Below, piece after piece: positions 13,680 to 25,119 of a stretch of DNA of 64,000 bases. This DNA comes from Octopus sinensis (lineage: Eukaryota). The translations under genes and the position numbers were made by a program. The first letter of the stretch is position 1; every line of letters starts with the position of its first letter. The DNA lies in the NCBI RefSeq assembly GCF_006345805.1, contig NC_043016.1, positions 4,092,001 through 4,156,000 of the forward strand, given 5' to 3'. A model generated the notes under the pieces. That model saw only the letters and a list, made by a program, of their open reading frames with translations. It was not told the DNA's origin and made no database searches.

Positions 13680-13810
13680 GTTAGCAAGGGCATCCAGCCA
13701 TAGAAACCATGCCAAATCAGACTTTAGTCTGGTGCAGCTTACCAGCCCTGGTCAAACCATCCAACCCATGCCAGCATGGACAACAGATATTAAATGTTGA
13801 TAATGGTGAT
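13680..13810 (+). mobile_element. RTE 3'UTR terminal fragment
   Basis: aagggcatccagc...ccaacccatgccagcatgga...taaatg followed by a gat-like tail. Confidence 0.7.
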
Positions 13811-13959
13811 ATATTTTACCATTATTATCTGCAGTCAGTCATCACAACTATGACTGTTCTTAGCATGACTTGATAAGCTTTCTCCATACTAATTGGTTGT
13901 TCGCTAGAGTTTGCCATCTATTGACATAGAAGCTTTGTGTGAAACATTATTACCTGCAT

Positions 13960-15625
13960 GTGATCACATCTACACATGTTTCTGGAGTGGGAAGAGAGAA
14001 GAGGAATGGAGGAAAGCTGGGGTTGGCTTCACAATGAGGAGCTCCAGTGCTGTACAACTAGCGGAAGATCCAATGCCAGGATTATGACAGTAAGACTACC
14101 ACTCCACAGAATGGGCTATACCACATTCATCAGTGTCTACTCGCCCACTGTGAATAACACACATGAAGTGAAAGAAGAATTCTAAGCTAAGCTGAAAGAG
14201 TGTTGTGCAAAGTTCCCTGCAAAGATAAGATAATAATTGAAGGAGATTTCAGTGCAGGAGTAGGGAGAGATGCAAATTGATGGCCTGGTGCAACAGGCAA
14301 ACATGGAGTGGGAATGTGCAATTCAAATGGTGAACCTGTAGCTCTCTGCTCTGAGTTCAACCTAGTAATTACAAACACTGTCTCGAAATAAAAAGATCAT
14401 CAAAAGACTTCTTGGGTGCTCCAGTTATTGACACTTGTTAGGCTACATAATTTGATGACAATGATGTCCTGGATGCAAGAGCCATTAGAGGGGCAGACCA
14501 CTCTACTGACCACCATATGATCAGGTCAAAGGTCACTTTTACCTTCAGTAAGCAAAGTATGAAGACAAAAAGCCAACTAAAAAATAAGCTAAACATCATG
14601 AAACTCAGAGACCCTGAAGTGAAACAGGTATTGCAGGAACAGCTGGATAAGGCTTTGGAAGGATGGGAGGAATAGGGAAACAAAGGACTTGAAGGAAAAT
14701 AACTACATATGAGATAGCTCAACGTGTCCTTGGCAAACCACTGAAATAACATCAAGGTTGTTTTGAGAATGGCATCCAAGTATAGACCCTGCTAGAAGAA
14801 AGTAACATTGCAAAGGCCAGGCAACTAACTTGTAACTTGAGGTCAAATAGGGAAAAACTGATGGAAGCAAGAAAGAATCTGCAACAATATACTAGGAAAC
14901 TGAAATTTGATTGTATGAGGCCAAAGCTGAAGAGATACATTATTGATAAAAATGATATGGAAGTATTTCACTCAGGACTTGGAGAGGTATATGGGCCACA
15001 GAGAAGAGACAACAAAACTCAAAACTCTTGATGGCAAAAGAGTAGTGTTGGAAGGTTGGAGATCCTCGATAGATTTACTCATCACTTTGACAGCCTACTT
15101 AATATCTCAGGTGTTGTGACTTGTGTGGCCCTCAAGGAAGTTACACAGCAGCCAACCATCCAATCCTTAGATGACAAACCTATTTACAATGCAGTCAAGC
15201 AAACGAAAGAAGGTAAAGTACCTGGCAGATGTGGCATATCAACTAAAATCCAGAAGTATGGAGGTTTAAAGCTGAGAATCTTTATAACATTGTGCTCCAG
15301 ATCTGGGAGACGGAAACGGTTCCACAAGACTGGAAAGGTGCAAGCATTGTTCTTATCTTAAAAAAAAAAGGTTGTAGAATGGAAACTACCAAGGAGTATC
15401 TCTTCTATCAACAGCAGGAAAAGATCTTGGTTCATATTCTATTAAACGGACTAAATGAGTATATCTATTGAAATCTCCTACTTGAGACTTGCAGTAGAAG
15501 AAGTCCCATGGACATGATATTCTGCCTTCACTAAATTCAGTGAAAATGTATTGAGCAGAACATGCTTATGTATACAGTGTTCACAGACTTCACAAAGGCT
15601 TTTGACATTGTCATAATGGACTTCA
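13960..15625 (+). mobile_element. Decayed RTE-BovB-like LINE (APE endonuclease to RT N-terminus)
   Basis: RIMTVRLPL...TFISVYSPT...EVKEEF, then GDFNARVG-like and GNYRGISLL-like remnants and FTDFTKAFD. Many stops. Confidence 0.8.
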
Positions 15626-15904
15626 GGTGGTTGAATGCCCTTGAATTTGTGCTTAGATACATTGTAGTACATTGCAATGCATTATAATAAAGTGCACAGA
15701 ATAATGTTGGGAAAAAAAGTTCCTAGTTAACAACACTACAATTTATGTAGAATGTCACACAAAAAAAAAAAAAGAAGAGAGTGTATGATAAATATGGATG
15801 CTTTACTGACAGCAAAGTACAATCTTAAATTAAGCACACAGATATATTACGTGTAAAAAATTTATGATTGTACATAATTTTAAATTTGGCATTAATAATT
15901 TCAT

Positions 15905-16085
15905 AGCTATGTGCTGGTGGCGCAAAAAGCATTCAGGACATGTTGTACATTGGTTGACATTAGGAAGGGCATCCAGCCATAGAAACCATTTAAAAGCAAA
16001 CACTGGAGCATGATACAGTCCCTGGGCCCAATGAATCCTGTCAAACTGTCCAATCCATACCAGCTTGGAACATGGATGTTGAATG
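15905..16085 (+). mobile_element. RTE 3'UTR terminal fragment
   Basis: taggaagggcatccagccatagaaacc...ccaatccataccagcttggaacatggatgttgaatgatg. Confidence 0.65.
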
Positions 16086-16282
16086 ATGGGGGGGGGGGAT
16101 GATTTTATCAGTTATAAAATTATTCCCAAGAAATCTTAGTAACTTACAGCTGAGTGCCTGGACCATGCACCATTACAGCAGTCTCTTTGGAAAATGAGAT
16201 TTATAAAAGTGTTGAAACACGAGCTTAAAGGATTCAAGAATATTAATGCTCCAAAATGAACATAAACAATTAAGAAGAATAT

Positions 16283-16313
<31 letters not shown>

Positions 16314-16364
16314 AGCGTACACAAAGGGCCAGTGCTGAGTAAATGTTGTCAATTAAAAGTTATT

Positions 16365-16649
16365 TAATACTTATTTTCTGCCAAGGAAAAATTAATATTT
16401 ATCAATGTAATTTGTTTAAAAAGATTTTTTTTTATTTCTTTTCTTTTTGTCTGCTGAAGAGGAAGGGTTTCAGACATAACATATGAAAAATTTTCTTAAA
16501 AGTGGAAAGCTAGGGAGGGTATATTAGATTTGTATGTTCAATGTTACATTTGTACAGTTGAAAGTTTATAATGCAAAATTTACATGGGCAGGAATGCAAG
16601 TTTGCAGTTGGTAAAAATTGTCTTCTGCAGTTTAGGAAAAGTGGTATGA
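16365..16649 (+). repeat. 285-bp exact direct repeat, copy 1
   Basis: Identical by eye to 17744-18028 (offset 1379 bp), including the T9 run. Confidence 0.95.
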
Positions 16650-16866
16650 ACGATGGCTAGAAGTATATTGAGTTCTTCATAACCAGCTGATCTAGCAAGT
16701 GGGGCCTGATATCAGTGAGGGGGGCCGGTGCGCATTGATGCCGCCGAGAGGTAGGCTCTGTAACGGCGCGCATTCTCTCCTGATGACTCCATACACTTGC
16801 TAGCTTCCGGTATACGGAGTTTTTAACTGGTAGCATTTGCATATGCAAGTTGTTTGCAAGACATCA
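16650..16866 (+). ncRNA. Candidate structured RNA resembling the telomerase RNA 3' domain (CR4/5-like); template absent
   Basis: About 60% GC over 16692-16810 and 9 CpG in 16720-16820. Perfect 10-bp stem 16692-16701/16794-16803 encloses a P6-like hairpin (16726-16746) abutting AGAG-GUAGG-CUCU (16747-16759). H/ACA boxes are not convincingly placed. Confidence 0.35.
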
Positions 16867-17372
16867 ATTACTTAAGCCCTTGATATCATTATTATTTGAA
16901 GCAGACTAAGAGAGAGTGATCTTTAAGTTTCAAGAAAAGAAACAGTACAGGTTTTCTGTTAGATAGCTCAGATAGCCTTTAATTCCACAGATTAAAAATA
17001 GTATTCAGATTTACATGGGATTCCTCATATTTAGACTGGCAGACATAGTGGTCCTTACGATCACAACTAGTTTCTTTTCAGTTCATACAAACATGGTGAT
17101 AAATGTTTGTTGTATTCAGACAGTGTCTCCACTCTGTCCCCTCTAAATAAGATTTGTCCATATTTATCTCTCTCTATTATTAACATGCTTTAGCAATTAC
17201 TTATTAAAATGTTGTCAATATAATCCCTGAAATGGTTATGGATCTTGTTGATTAATTTTTTTTAGAACATACAGTTCTCCAGAATTGTATAGAAATATAT
17301 ATATATATAATTATGTGTGTGTGGTGTGTGTGTGGTATGGGGATGTGTGTGGTATATACACACATATACATA

Positions 17373-17421
<49 letters not shown>

Positions 17422-17743
17422 TAGATATTGCAACAGTTTTTTCAAATTTCAGTTTGTTAGCGCAGCAGCATTGCTGACTTGTTTACTGGGATGAGTCTCT
17501 CTATTCAGTACTTACCTCACCCCTCTACCAGAAAAAAAAAACAAAAAAAAAAACAAAGCAAAACAATAAAAGCTCTCCAACAAAATACACACACACACAC
17601 ACACACACACACATTACACATTCAAAATCATAAATCAATGTCTTAGTAAATTATATTAGCTTGAAGTTTTAACTCAACCAGTTCTTCCATTTGCAAATAA
17701 TTTTTAATATAAACTCTTGCACCTTTAATCTCATTTTTTTTCC

Positions 17744-18028
17744 TAATACTTATTTTCTGCCAAGGAAAAATTAATATTTATCAATGTAATTTGTTTAAAA
17801 AGATTTTTTTTTATTTCTTTTCTTTTTGTCTGCTGAAGAGGAAGGGTTTCAGACATAACATATGAAAAATTTTCTTAAAAGTGGAAAGCTAGGGAGGGTA
17901 TATTAGATTTGTATGTTCAATGTTACATTTGTACAGTTGAAAGTTTATAATGCAAAATTTACATGGGCAGGAATGCAAGTTTGCAGTTGGTAAAAATTGT
18001 CTTCTGCAGTTTAGGAAAAGTGGTATGA
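17744..18028 (+). repeat. 285-bp exact direct repeat, copy 2
   Basis: Identical to 16365-16649. Confidence 0.95.
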
Positions 18029-18365
18029 TTTGGTCGACAAGAAGCAACTGCAAGCTATATCAGAGTTGGAGGTGAAATGGAGCTCGTAAATTTAGAGGAG
18101 GAGGAAAAGGAAGATAAAATGTAGAAGTCGCAGTATGAAGATATGAAGAAATAATAGACTAAAGGCTGGAAATTATTATTAAAGAAGTTTAATAGAACAA
18201 ATGGCTATATTTTTGAATATGTTCAAGGAAAGCAGTAACTAAAGATATACTTCCACATTTGTGAGGAGTATATTCTATGTTCAGCAAAGGTCAGAAGTCC
18301 TTGCTGGAGATCTTTGAATTTAGGAACTATTCATATGATACTGCATATTGTTATATTTCTTGAAC

Positions 18366-18625
18366 ACAGGCATATGGCATAGTGGTTAAGAGCATGGGCT
18401 ACTAACCCCAAGATTCCAAGTTTGATTCTAGGCAGTAACCTGAATAATAATAATAATAATAATAAGAAGAATAAGAATATCGAAAAATACCTTAGGAATG
18501 AGAACCCAGGTTCGAAATTTCCCCCAAGACATCGGATGAAGGCTGGAGGGTATATCTGCCAAAACATTGTGTTAACAACAAACAAGATGAGGACAAATAT
18601 CTGTCAAATGTAAATAATCTAAATA
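18366..18625 (+). mobile_element. tRNA-derived SINE with (AAT)n linker and a decayed hammerhead-like tail
   Basis: A box tggcatagtggtta and degenerate B box agtttgattct. Tail gacatcggatgaaggctggagggtatatctgccaaaacattgtgtt recurs at about 56095-56195. Confidence 0.7.
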
Positions 18626-21146
18626 ATGTATTTTCAATGTTACTTTTATTAAATATTATCAAGATTAACATATCTTCATTATGATACATAGTTATACTGT
18701 TGATATAAGTGTCAAGAGGGAATGGTATTAATTAAAGAATAAAAAGTTGAATAGGGGATGAAAGTAGATGACTGACTGACTACAGGGAGTTCTGGCCAAA
18801 CTGCATTGTGATAGTTAATCCTGTTGATTTCATCCTTGGCCAATTTTACCATTCATCCTTCCAGAGCTGACAAGATAAATTCCATCTATGTAATAGAGTT
18901 GATGTAATCGAACAACCATACTCTTCTTGTGAAATGTGTGATTTCTGCTTTAGAAATTTTTATTTGTATGATAATAGTAAAGGATGGGGAGGAAAAAAAA
19001 ATAATCATCAAAGATTTTGTTTCATACAAGAGTTTGTTTAAAAAATCACTGAGAGGATAAAAGACTCAGTGTTTAGGTGATTGCAGAGAATAATGTGAAC
19101 ATCTGTATGCTTTATTTTTCAATCATTACTATGTGTCTTGTTTCTGGATTTGAACTGGGATCCCTTATTTCTAAATGAAGCCTTCTAAAATTATTTATTT
19201 ATTGACACATTATCACGTACAGTTATTGTTGCAAATTAATGTTATTTTAAATTCATCTTTCTGAAATGGCACCCATAGTCAGCTGATTTCATCATTTGCA
19301 AGCTCTTGTATGGATTGCTGTTTTTTTTTGTCTTTTACAGATGTGTCATCCATTGGCTGTTTGTTTTTTTTTCCAGCACCACATTCCTGCACGAAGTAGA
19401 ACTTATATCTAAACTTTCTTGTAACTCTAACCTCACTGCAAGAGCCTGGCTAAGAAAATTTGGATAATTTTCAGCACATAAGAACATTAATTATCCATTC
19501 CTGATTCTGATGTTCCTGTTTTTCTTCATTTGTAACCCTTATACATCACTCAGTACCTCTTTTCTACAAAAGATTTTTTAAATTCAGTTTATGCTACTCT
19601 TTGGTTGATATAACATAAGTTAGAATTTGTGGATATTTTGGAGCACTGTTCTTATATTATCTATGCATTTTGCAAATCCCCTTGAATTTTCTTAATCAGT
19701 GCCTTGTTCAGAAATGGGGTGTGTTAAGACAGTTCTAATCTTATAATAAATTTTAAGAAACAAATTTAGGTTAAAACATCATCAGCCTGTACTTTGTCAG
19801 TTATTGTTCAAAGCAACAGTCTTACTCATCAGCGATTATTGATAGGGGTTCCATGTGATTACACATTCTAGAAATGGCAGCCAAATCCATCTCAACTTGC
19901 AGCCTGTCTGTAAAATTGAAGGAAACATTAGATAATGTTGTTTTAAATATAAAATTTTCCAATAAAGAATGTGATGGGTATGGGGTGGAATGTATTTTGC
20001 CATAAAGGTGACAGGGGATGGCTTGTGGTTGACCAACAATGACCATCTGTAGATTACAACAATAATGCCAACCATTTAACTATACATATTTGCACATTAT
20101 CTGTGCAATACATGGAGCTGCATTGTATTTAAATCGCCTCGTCTAAACGCACACTCAATAAACCTCTGTACAATATCTGTGCCTGTGTCACAGTGAATCG
20201 GTACATCTTATCCTTCCAATATCTGTAGCTCTGTTACATTTAATGCACTTTTTCATACTTCTTACCAGTTTCTTCTGCTACATTGACTCCAATTGTAGAT
20301 AAATCTAAGATTGTAATGTTTTTTTTTTTTAAATAAGTTAGGCTGTGCTCCTCATATTCTTCAGGGACTGCAAAACTTGTTGCAAGTTGGTGCAGTGAAA
20401 GAAGAACCAGTCATGGGGTATTGTTTTTGTTATCTTTTAGACATAGTCAGCTCTGATTAAGCAAACCTATGATGGAAAGTATTCCACCTGTAACCATCTT
20501 ATGATATTTCAGGGACTGCACTGTTATTCAAGGCCATGAATTTGATTTTAAAGGAGCTTTGTCTAATATTTGTTGCTAGTTGAGAAACAAAGTATTGGTT
20601 CTTTCATATTTCTGCTCTGAATGCATGCAACTGAGAGAACTTTATTTAAAGGTAATCAAAGGGTCAGGTTGTGGTGTTGAACTTGGGTTACCTCTAAAGA
20701 AAAAGTACTGCCATTTGATAAGATTTCACAGAGTTTATGTCTATCCAATTTCACTCACAACATCAGTGTAGAATTGGCACTGTGTTAAAAGACATTTCTT
20801 CAAGGTAGTGTGTTATGGTTTTGAACCTGGATCCATCTGATTTTGAAGCAATCTTTTTAAGCAAATGGTCATATGAGCTACTTGAGGACAATGTGGAGTA
20901 GCAACGAAAGACTAAGCATAAAGAACATATCAGGCCCAACAGAATCTAATTAGTTGGTTATTTCTGGAGCATTGATAGTTTCGTTATTCTCTATGCCTGG
21001 GCTGGTTGTTCTGAAATATTAGAATTGACAGCTGTCTATGAAGGTAATAAATGTTGTATAGAATGTTTTGTTACTTTTAATAAAATGCCTTGTTATCCAT
21101 GTTCCTTATATACTTTTGTAATTATATATTTGTATATTTACTTCAG

Positions 21147-21273
21147 ACTACTCAACGTCCACTTAGCTTTCGGGAACAAAGGTTTCGAGATTTTGCTTCA
21201 GTTGAATATGAAGGTCATTTATACATGACGCCTCAGGACTTTCTAGAATCAGTTTTGGAAGACACACCAAGAA
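21147..21273 (+). CDS. MICU3: Internal coding exon of a mitochondrial calcium uptake protein (MICU2/3 family, closest to MICU3)
   Basis: Acceptor tttacttcag (AG at 21145-21146) and donor gtaagt (21274). Encodes TTQRPLSFREQRFRDFASVEYEGHLYMTPQDFLESVLEDTPR, matching the RF..FAS.E.EG..YMTP.DF..SV motif. Phase 0 to 1. MICU2 versus MICU3 is not resolvable from one exon. Confidence 0.8.
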
Positions 21274-21514
21274 GTAAGTTGTAATTCTTTAGTACATTAT
21301 TTAAACATGAGAAGAGGAATACCATTCATTGTTTACACATTCAGTATTATTTATATTACTATAATTATATATATATATATATGGATTCAGGAAAACCCTT
21401 TTTGCTTCAGTAATAGCTACTCACATATGGTTTAATAATTCCCCACTGCATTTAATATTTACATATATTTAATCATGCAATAACCTTCCAATTCTAGGTT
21501 AAATAACAACACGT

Positions 21515-21558
<44 letters not shown>

Positions 21559-22329
21559 TGAATTTGTGGTTCCAGTGTTTGCTTTGTTTTCTTTGCCATT
21601 AAGAAGCCCAAAATTTCCATACTAAAATACCAGTACAAGTTGTAGATAAATCATATAAATTGACATGAGTATTGTGCAATCTTATTACTATTCTTTTGAA
21701 TGTTTAATTGTACTTTTAAATGATTCAGATATGTTTAAGATATATATGTGTGTGTGTGTGAGTGTGTATGAATGGATGTATTTATTTCATGATTATTTTA
21801 ATACCGACTTTTCTATGCTTGCATGGATCAGTGGAAACTTTTTGGTTGGATGCTTTTCTTGTTAACCCTCACTTATTTCCAAAGAGGATATTTTGCTTAG
21901 TCCTGTGAACAACTGCAAACATAAGTCATTTGAGGAATTAAGAAGCGGCTGTTGTGTAGATGTATGGGGACCTTCAAACAAGTTTCTGCCCACATGCCAG
22001 ATTCTTTGCAAAGTGAGAAGTATGAGTGATAGTTGCATGAATAATAGTGTTGAGTGGGATTTGTGATAGGGTGGTGGGTGGAATGAAAAGGTACCTAGTG
22101 TATTCAAGGCAACGTGACTGACATTGCAGGGAGGTGACAGATGTCTGTGTCACTTCTCTAAGTATATGTGTATGTATGTGTATAGATACGTACATGTGTA
22201 TATGGGTTTGTGTTTACACACACAGTGTATCTGTATCTATTTACACACACACATACAATTCAAATAAAAATAAAATTAACAGACAACGAGGGGTGCGCAC
22301 AAGGAATGTATTAGTTTGATAGCGAAATT

Positions 22330-22745
22330 AGTTAGTATCTAATGGACCATCTGAAGCAGTTGCATCCGTTTTAGGATTTTCATTTCAGAGCACCTGCAAT
22401 AGTGAGACTGCAAGTTCACCTGCCAGATGAATTTGAACAAAGAGTATTGCTCAGAAATTATGTGGATATATATATATGTCTGTCAATGAATTTCATATGA
22501 GAACATTGACAGAATTCTTTTCATTGATGTCTTTGCAAAAACATTACTTTATGCTGAAATACCCATGTATTTCACTTGGAACAGTAGTAACACAATGAAT
22601 GGCAAAGAAGAAAGCGAGGCAAAAAACGTTGAAGGCCATTTGAATGTTTTCAAAGAAGAAACAATTGCTTGTGTTTATGTTGTCACACCAAAGGCAGGAG
22701 AACTATACTATCAAAGAATTTTATTGCATGAAGTTCAAAATAGTA
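22330..22745 (+). mobile_element. Helitron Rep/helicase coding relic
   Basis: Frameshifted pieces GPSEAV..VLGF, PAIVRLQVHLPDE, RTLTEFFSL, FAKTLLYAEIPMYFTWN and VYVVTPKAGELYYQRILLHEV follow the Helitron motif order. Confidence 0.75.
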
Positions 22746-22919
22746 TTTTTCCTTTTGCTTTCATGTATTGACATTTTCAACTTGGAGTGGTTGTGACTCG
22801 ATGGGTCATGGGGATACATCTGGTATACAATGTTTTAGTTTTATTAAAAATGGAAACGTTCACAAACTGATTTAGCTATGTCTCATCTCCAATCTCTAGA
22901 TCATTAGTTTCAAAAAGTT

Positions 22920-23260
22920 TTAAATACACTTGAACAGACTTCCATCCATTCTTCCTTCATTTTGATTATCAACTGCCAATGTACCTACTTTTTGCCAATA
23001 AGCTCATGTGACTTGTCTGTCCATCTAATTCAGTTTGTCCATTTGCTGGCAGTTTATGTCGGTGGTCACAGTTGATGGTCTTATCTGCATAATTTGTCTT
23101 TGATGCGGGTTCTTCTTACTTTAAGCTTCTTCATCCAGCAGTGTACATGGCTCCTGTCAGTGGTATCATCTCCTTATTGGTCAGCCTGCAGTTATATAGT
23201 AGAGAAAACCAACTGACAGTTTTCACACAATGGGGCCGAACCCCTAGATAACTGATTCTT
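22920..23260 (-). mobile_element. Decayed mariner transposase N-terminal fragment
   Basis: Minus peptide GDDTTDRSHVHCWMKKLK resembles the mariner YGD...S.V..W...F segment. Confidence 0.4.
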
Positions 23261-24000
23261 AAGTAACTTTTTAATCACATACTTTTATCTATGTTTCATT
23301 TATACAATAGTTTTTTTTATTTTTTATCTTATTTACTTTTTTTTTAGCATACCTTATTGCAGTTGAAGATGTTTTCAGTTTGTTTTCCAACCTGCATTTC
23401 CCTTTTCAAATCTGAATTCATTATTATTTGCATTTCAGCTTCAATAATTCTGAAAATAACATTTTTGTTAATTGAGAATTTTTTTCATTTTCTGCAATTT
23501 CATCTGCTTCATCTTGGCCATCATCCTCATTATACACACATTACTGTTGCTCTAAATTTAATTGGTCTTCCTTCTTTAGGTCCACTTTTTATGTGTATCA
23601 AATAATTCTCTGGGTTTACTTATTGTCTATTTTAAATGTTTTCAAATGGTATGACTCTGTAACTTGAGCCTCAGTTCTTTGAAAATTATTTGAAATTAAA
23701 TTCTCTGAAATATAATCAAATATTGTCCAATGCATTCTTTATGTTAGAATTTGTCTAAATAGCTGCAAGATTAATTTCATTTTCTCCATTACTTTTTCAA
23801 TAGTAATAGAAACAGTTTTTGCTCTATCATCTTTGGAACTTCTCCAGATATACTATTCATCATCCCTGGCAGCTGTTCTCTTGGGGAATTGGCTTGATGT
23901 TTGTTGTTTGCATTTGAAAGGAAGTGAGTTAATATGATTGTTTGTGGATGGTCAAAGAGTTCTCTTGCATGGCAAAACTCCCACATGACCACACCTCTGC

Positions 24001-24650
24001 TGTCATCAACATCAGCGTCATCATCATTTAACGTTTGCCTTCAATGCTGGCATGGGTGGGATGGTTTGACAAGAGCCGGCCGGGCAGAAGCCTGCACCAG
24101 ACTCCTGTAACTGTTTTGGCAGGATTTTTACGGCTGGATGCCCTTCCTAACACCAACCACCCAGCAGAGTGGACTTACTGCTTTTTATGTGGCACAAGCA
24201 CAGGTAAGGTCAGTTTTGGCAAGATTTTTACAGCTGGAGGCCCTTCCAAATGCCAGCCACTTTACAGTGTGGACTGGGTACTTTTAAGTGGCACCTGCAC
24301 TAACAGGGTCACTAAGTACTTGCAAGACAAAAAAGAAAACACTTTTTGAGAGGGGAGGGAGCATTGGAGGAGGTGGTCTTGCGTCAGGCGATGAAAGGTT
24401 ACAGTGAGGTCAAGAGACAGAAACAGGTGTCTTGTTGTAGAGGAGGTACAAGGTTACCTGGCCAGAGGGAGAGAGATTACGAATGAAGACAGAAACAGGT
24501 GCACTGCCACAAAGGAAATACATGGTTGCCCAACCTGAGAGAAGTGCAGGAGAAGGAGAGAGAGTGATAGAGCGTGGGAGACAGCAGGATGGAGATGGTG
24601 GTAAAGTGAGACAGGGCATGGGTGGGACACACAATGCTTCTAGAACTCAG
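24001..24650 (-). mobile_element. RTE-type 3'UTR with (GAT)n tail and GA-rich interior
   Basis: catcatcatttaacgtttgccttcaatgctggcatggg...ctggatgcccttcctaacaccaaccac. Confidence 0.7.
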
Positions 24651-25082
24651 TTTTGCTAATATAGGTGGATCTTTTCAAGAACTTCATATTGCCAGGTAAA
24701 CATTAATGTGCTAAGCATCAGTTTGTAGACACAATTAAGGGTTTTCATTGCATGTGTAACTGACATGATTTTGGAATGATTTTATTGCCTAGATGTTTTT
24801 TCTATCACCCACTACTTAACAATATTGATTAGGTTCATAATTACTGTGAACTGGTATTAGAAGAGTGAATGTCCACAGCTGTGTCCTTTTTGTATTGTTT
24901 CTGTTTTTAATTCAGAGTTTCTTCTCTTCTAAATGTGTTGCTTTTGTTTGTTGTAAGCAGAGTCTACATTTCCTTGGCGCAGTTAAAGCTGCTTTCCTTT
25001 TCGCTAATTGTTGAATTAGTCTCCAGCAGCAAACTTTGCATATGATTCATCTTCACTAAGATTGTGAGACCATGTGTGTGTG

Positions 25083-25119
<37 letters not shown>

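Noticed and set aside
16780-16825. CTGATGA followed by a hairpin, as a hammerhead or C/D box
   Set aside because: No GAAA after the stem, and no correctly ordered C box ... D box pair.
16650-16866. Alternative identities: U17/snR30, 7SK, U3, 5S rRNA, or MICU first coding exon (ATG at 16653)
   Set aside because: U17 m1/m2 motifs, the 7SK 5' stem and U3 boxes are absent; the 5S similarity is only about 12 nt; the ATG frame stops after 9 codons.
18366-18440. tRNA gene
   Set aside because: Degenerate B box, no full cloverleaf, and it continues into a SINE body; the same holds for the other tRNA-like heads.
19322-19420. Strong acceptor-like tracts (ttttacag, ttttccag) as an upstream MICU exon
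   Set aside because: No MICU-like peptide and no convincing donor downstream.
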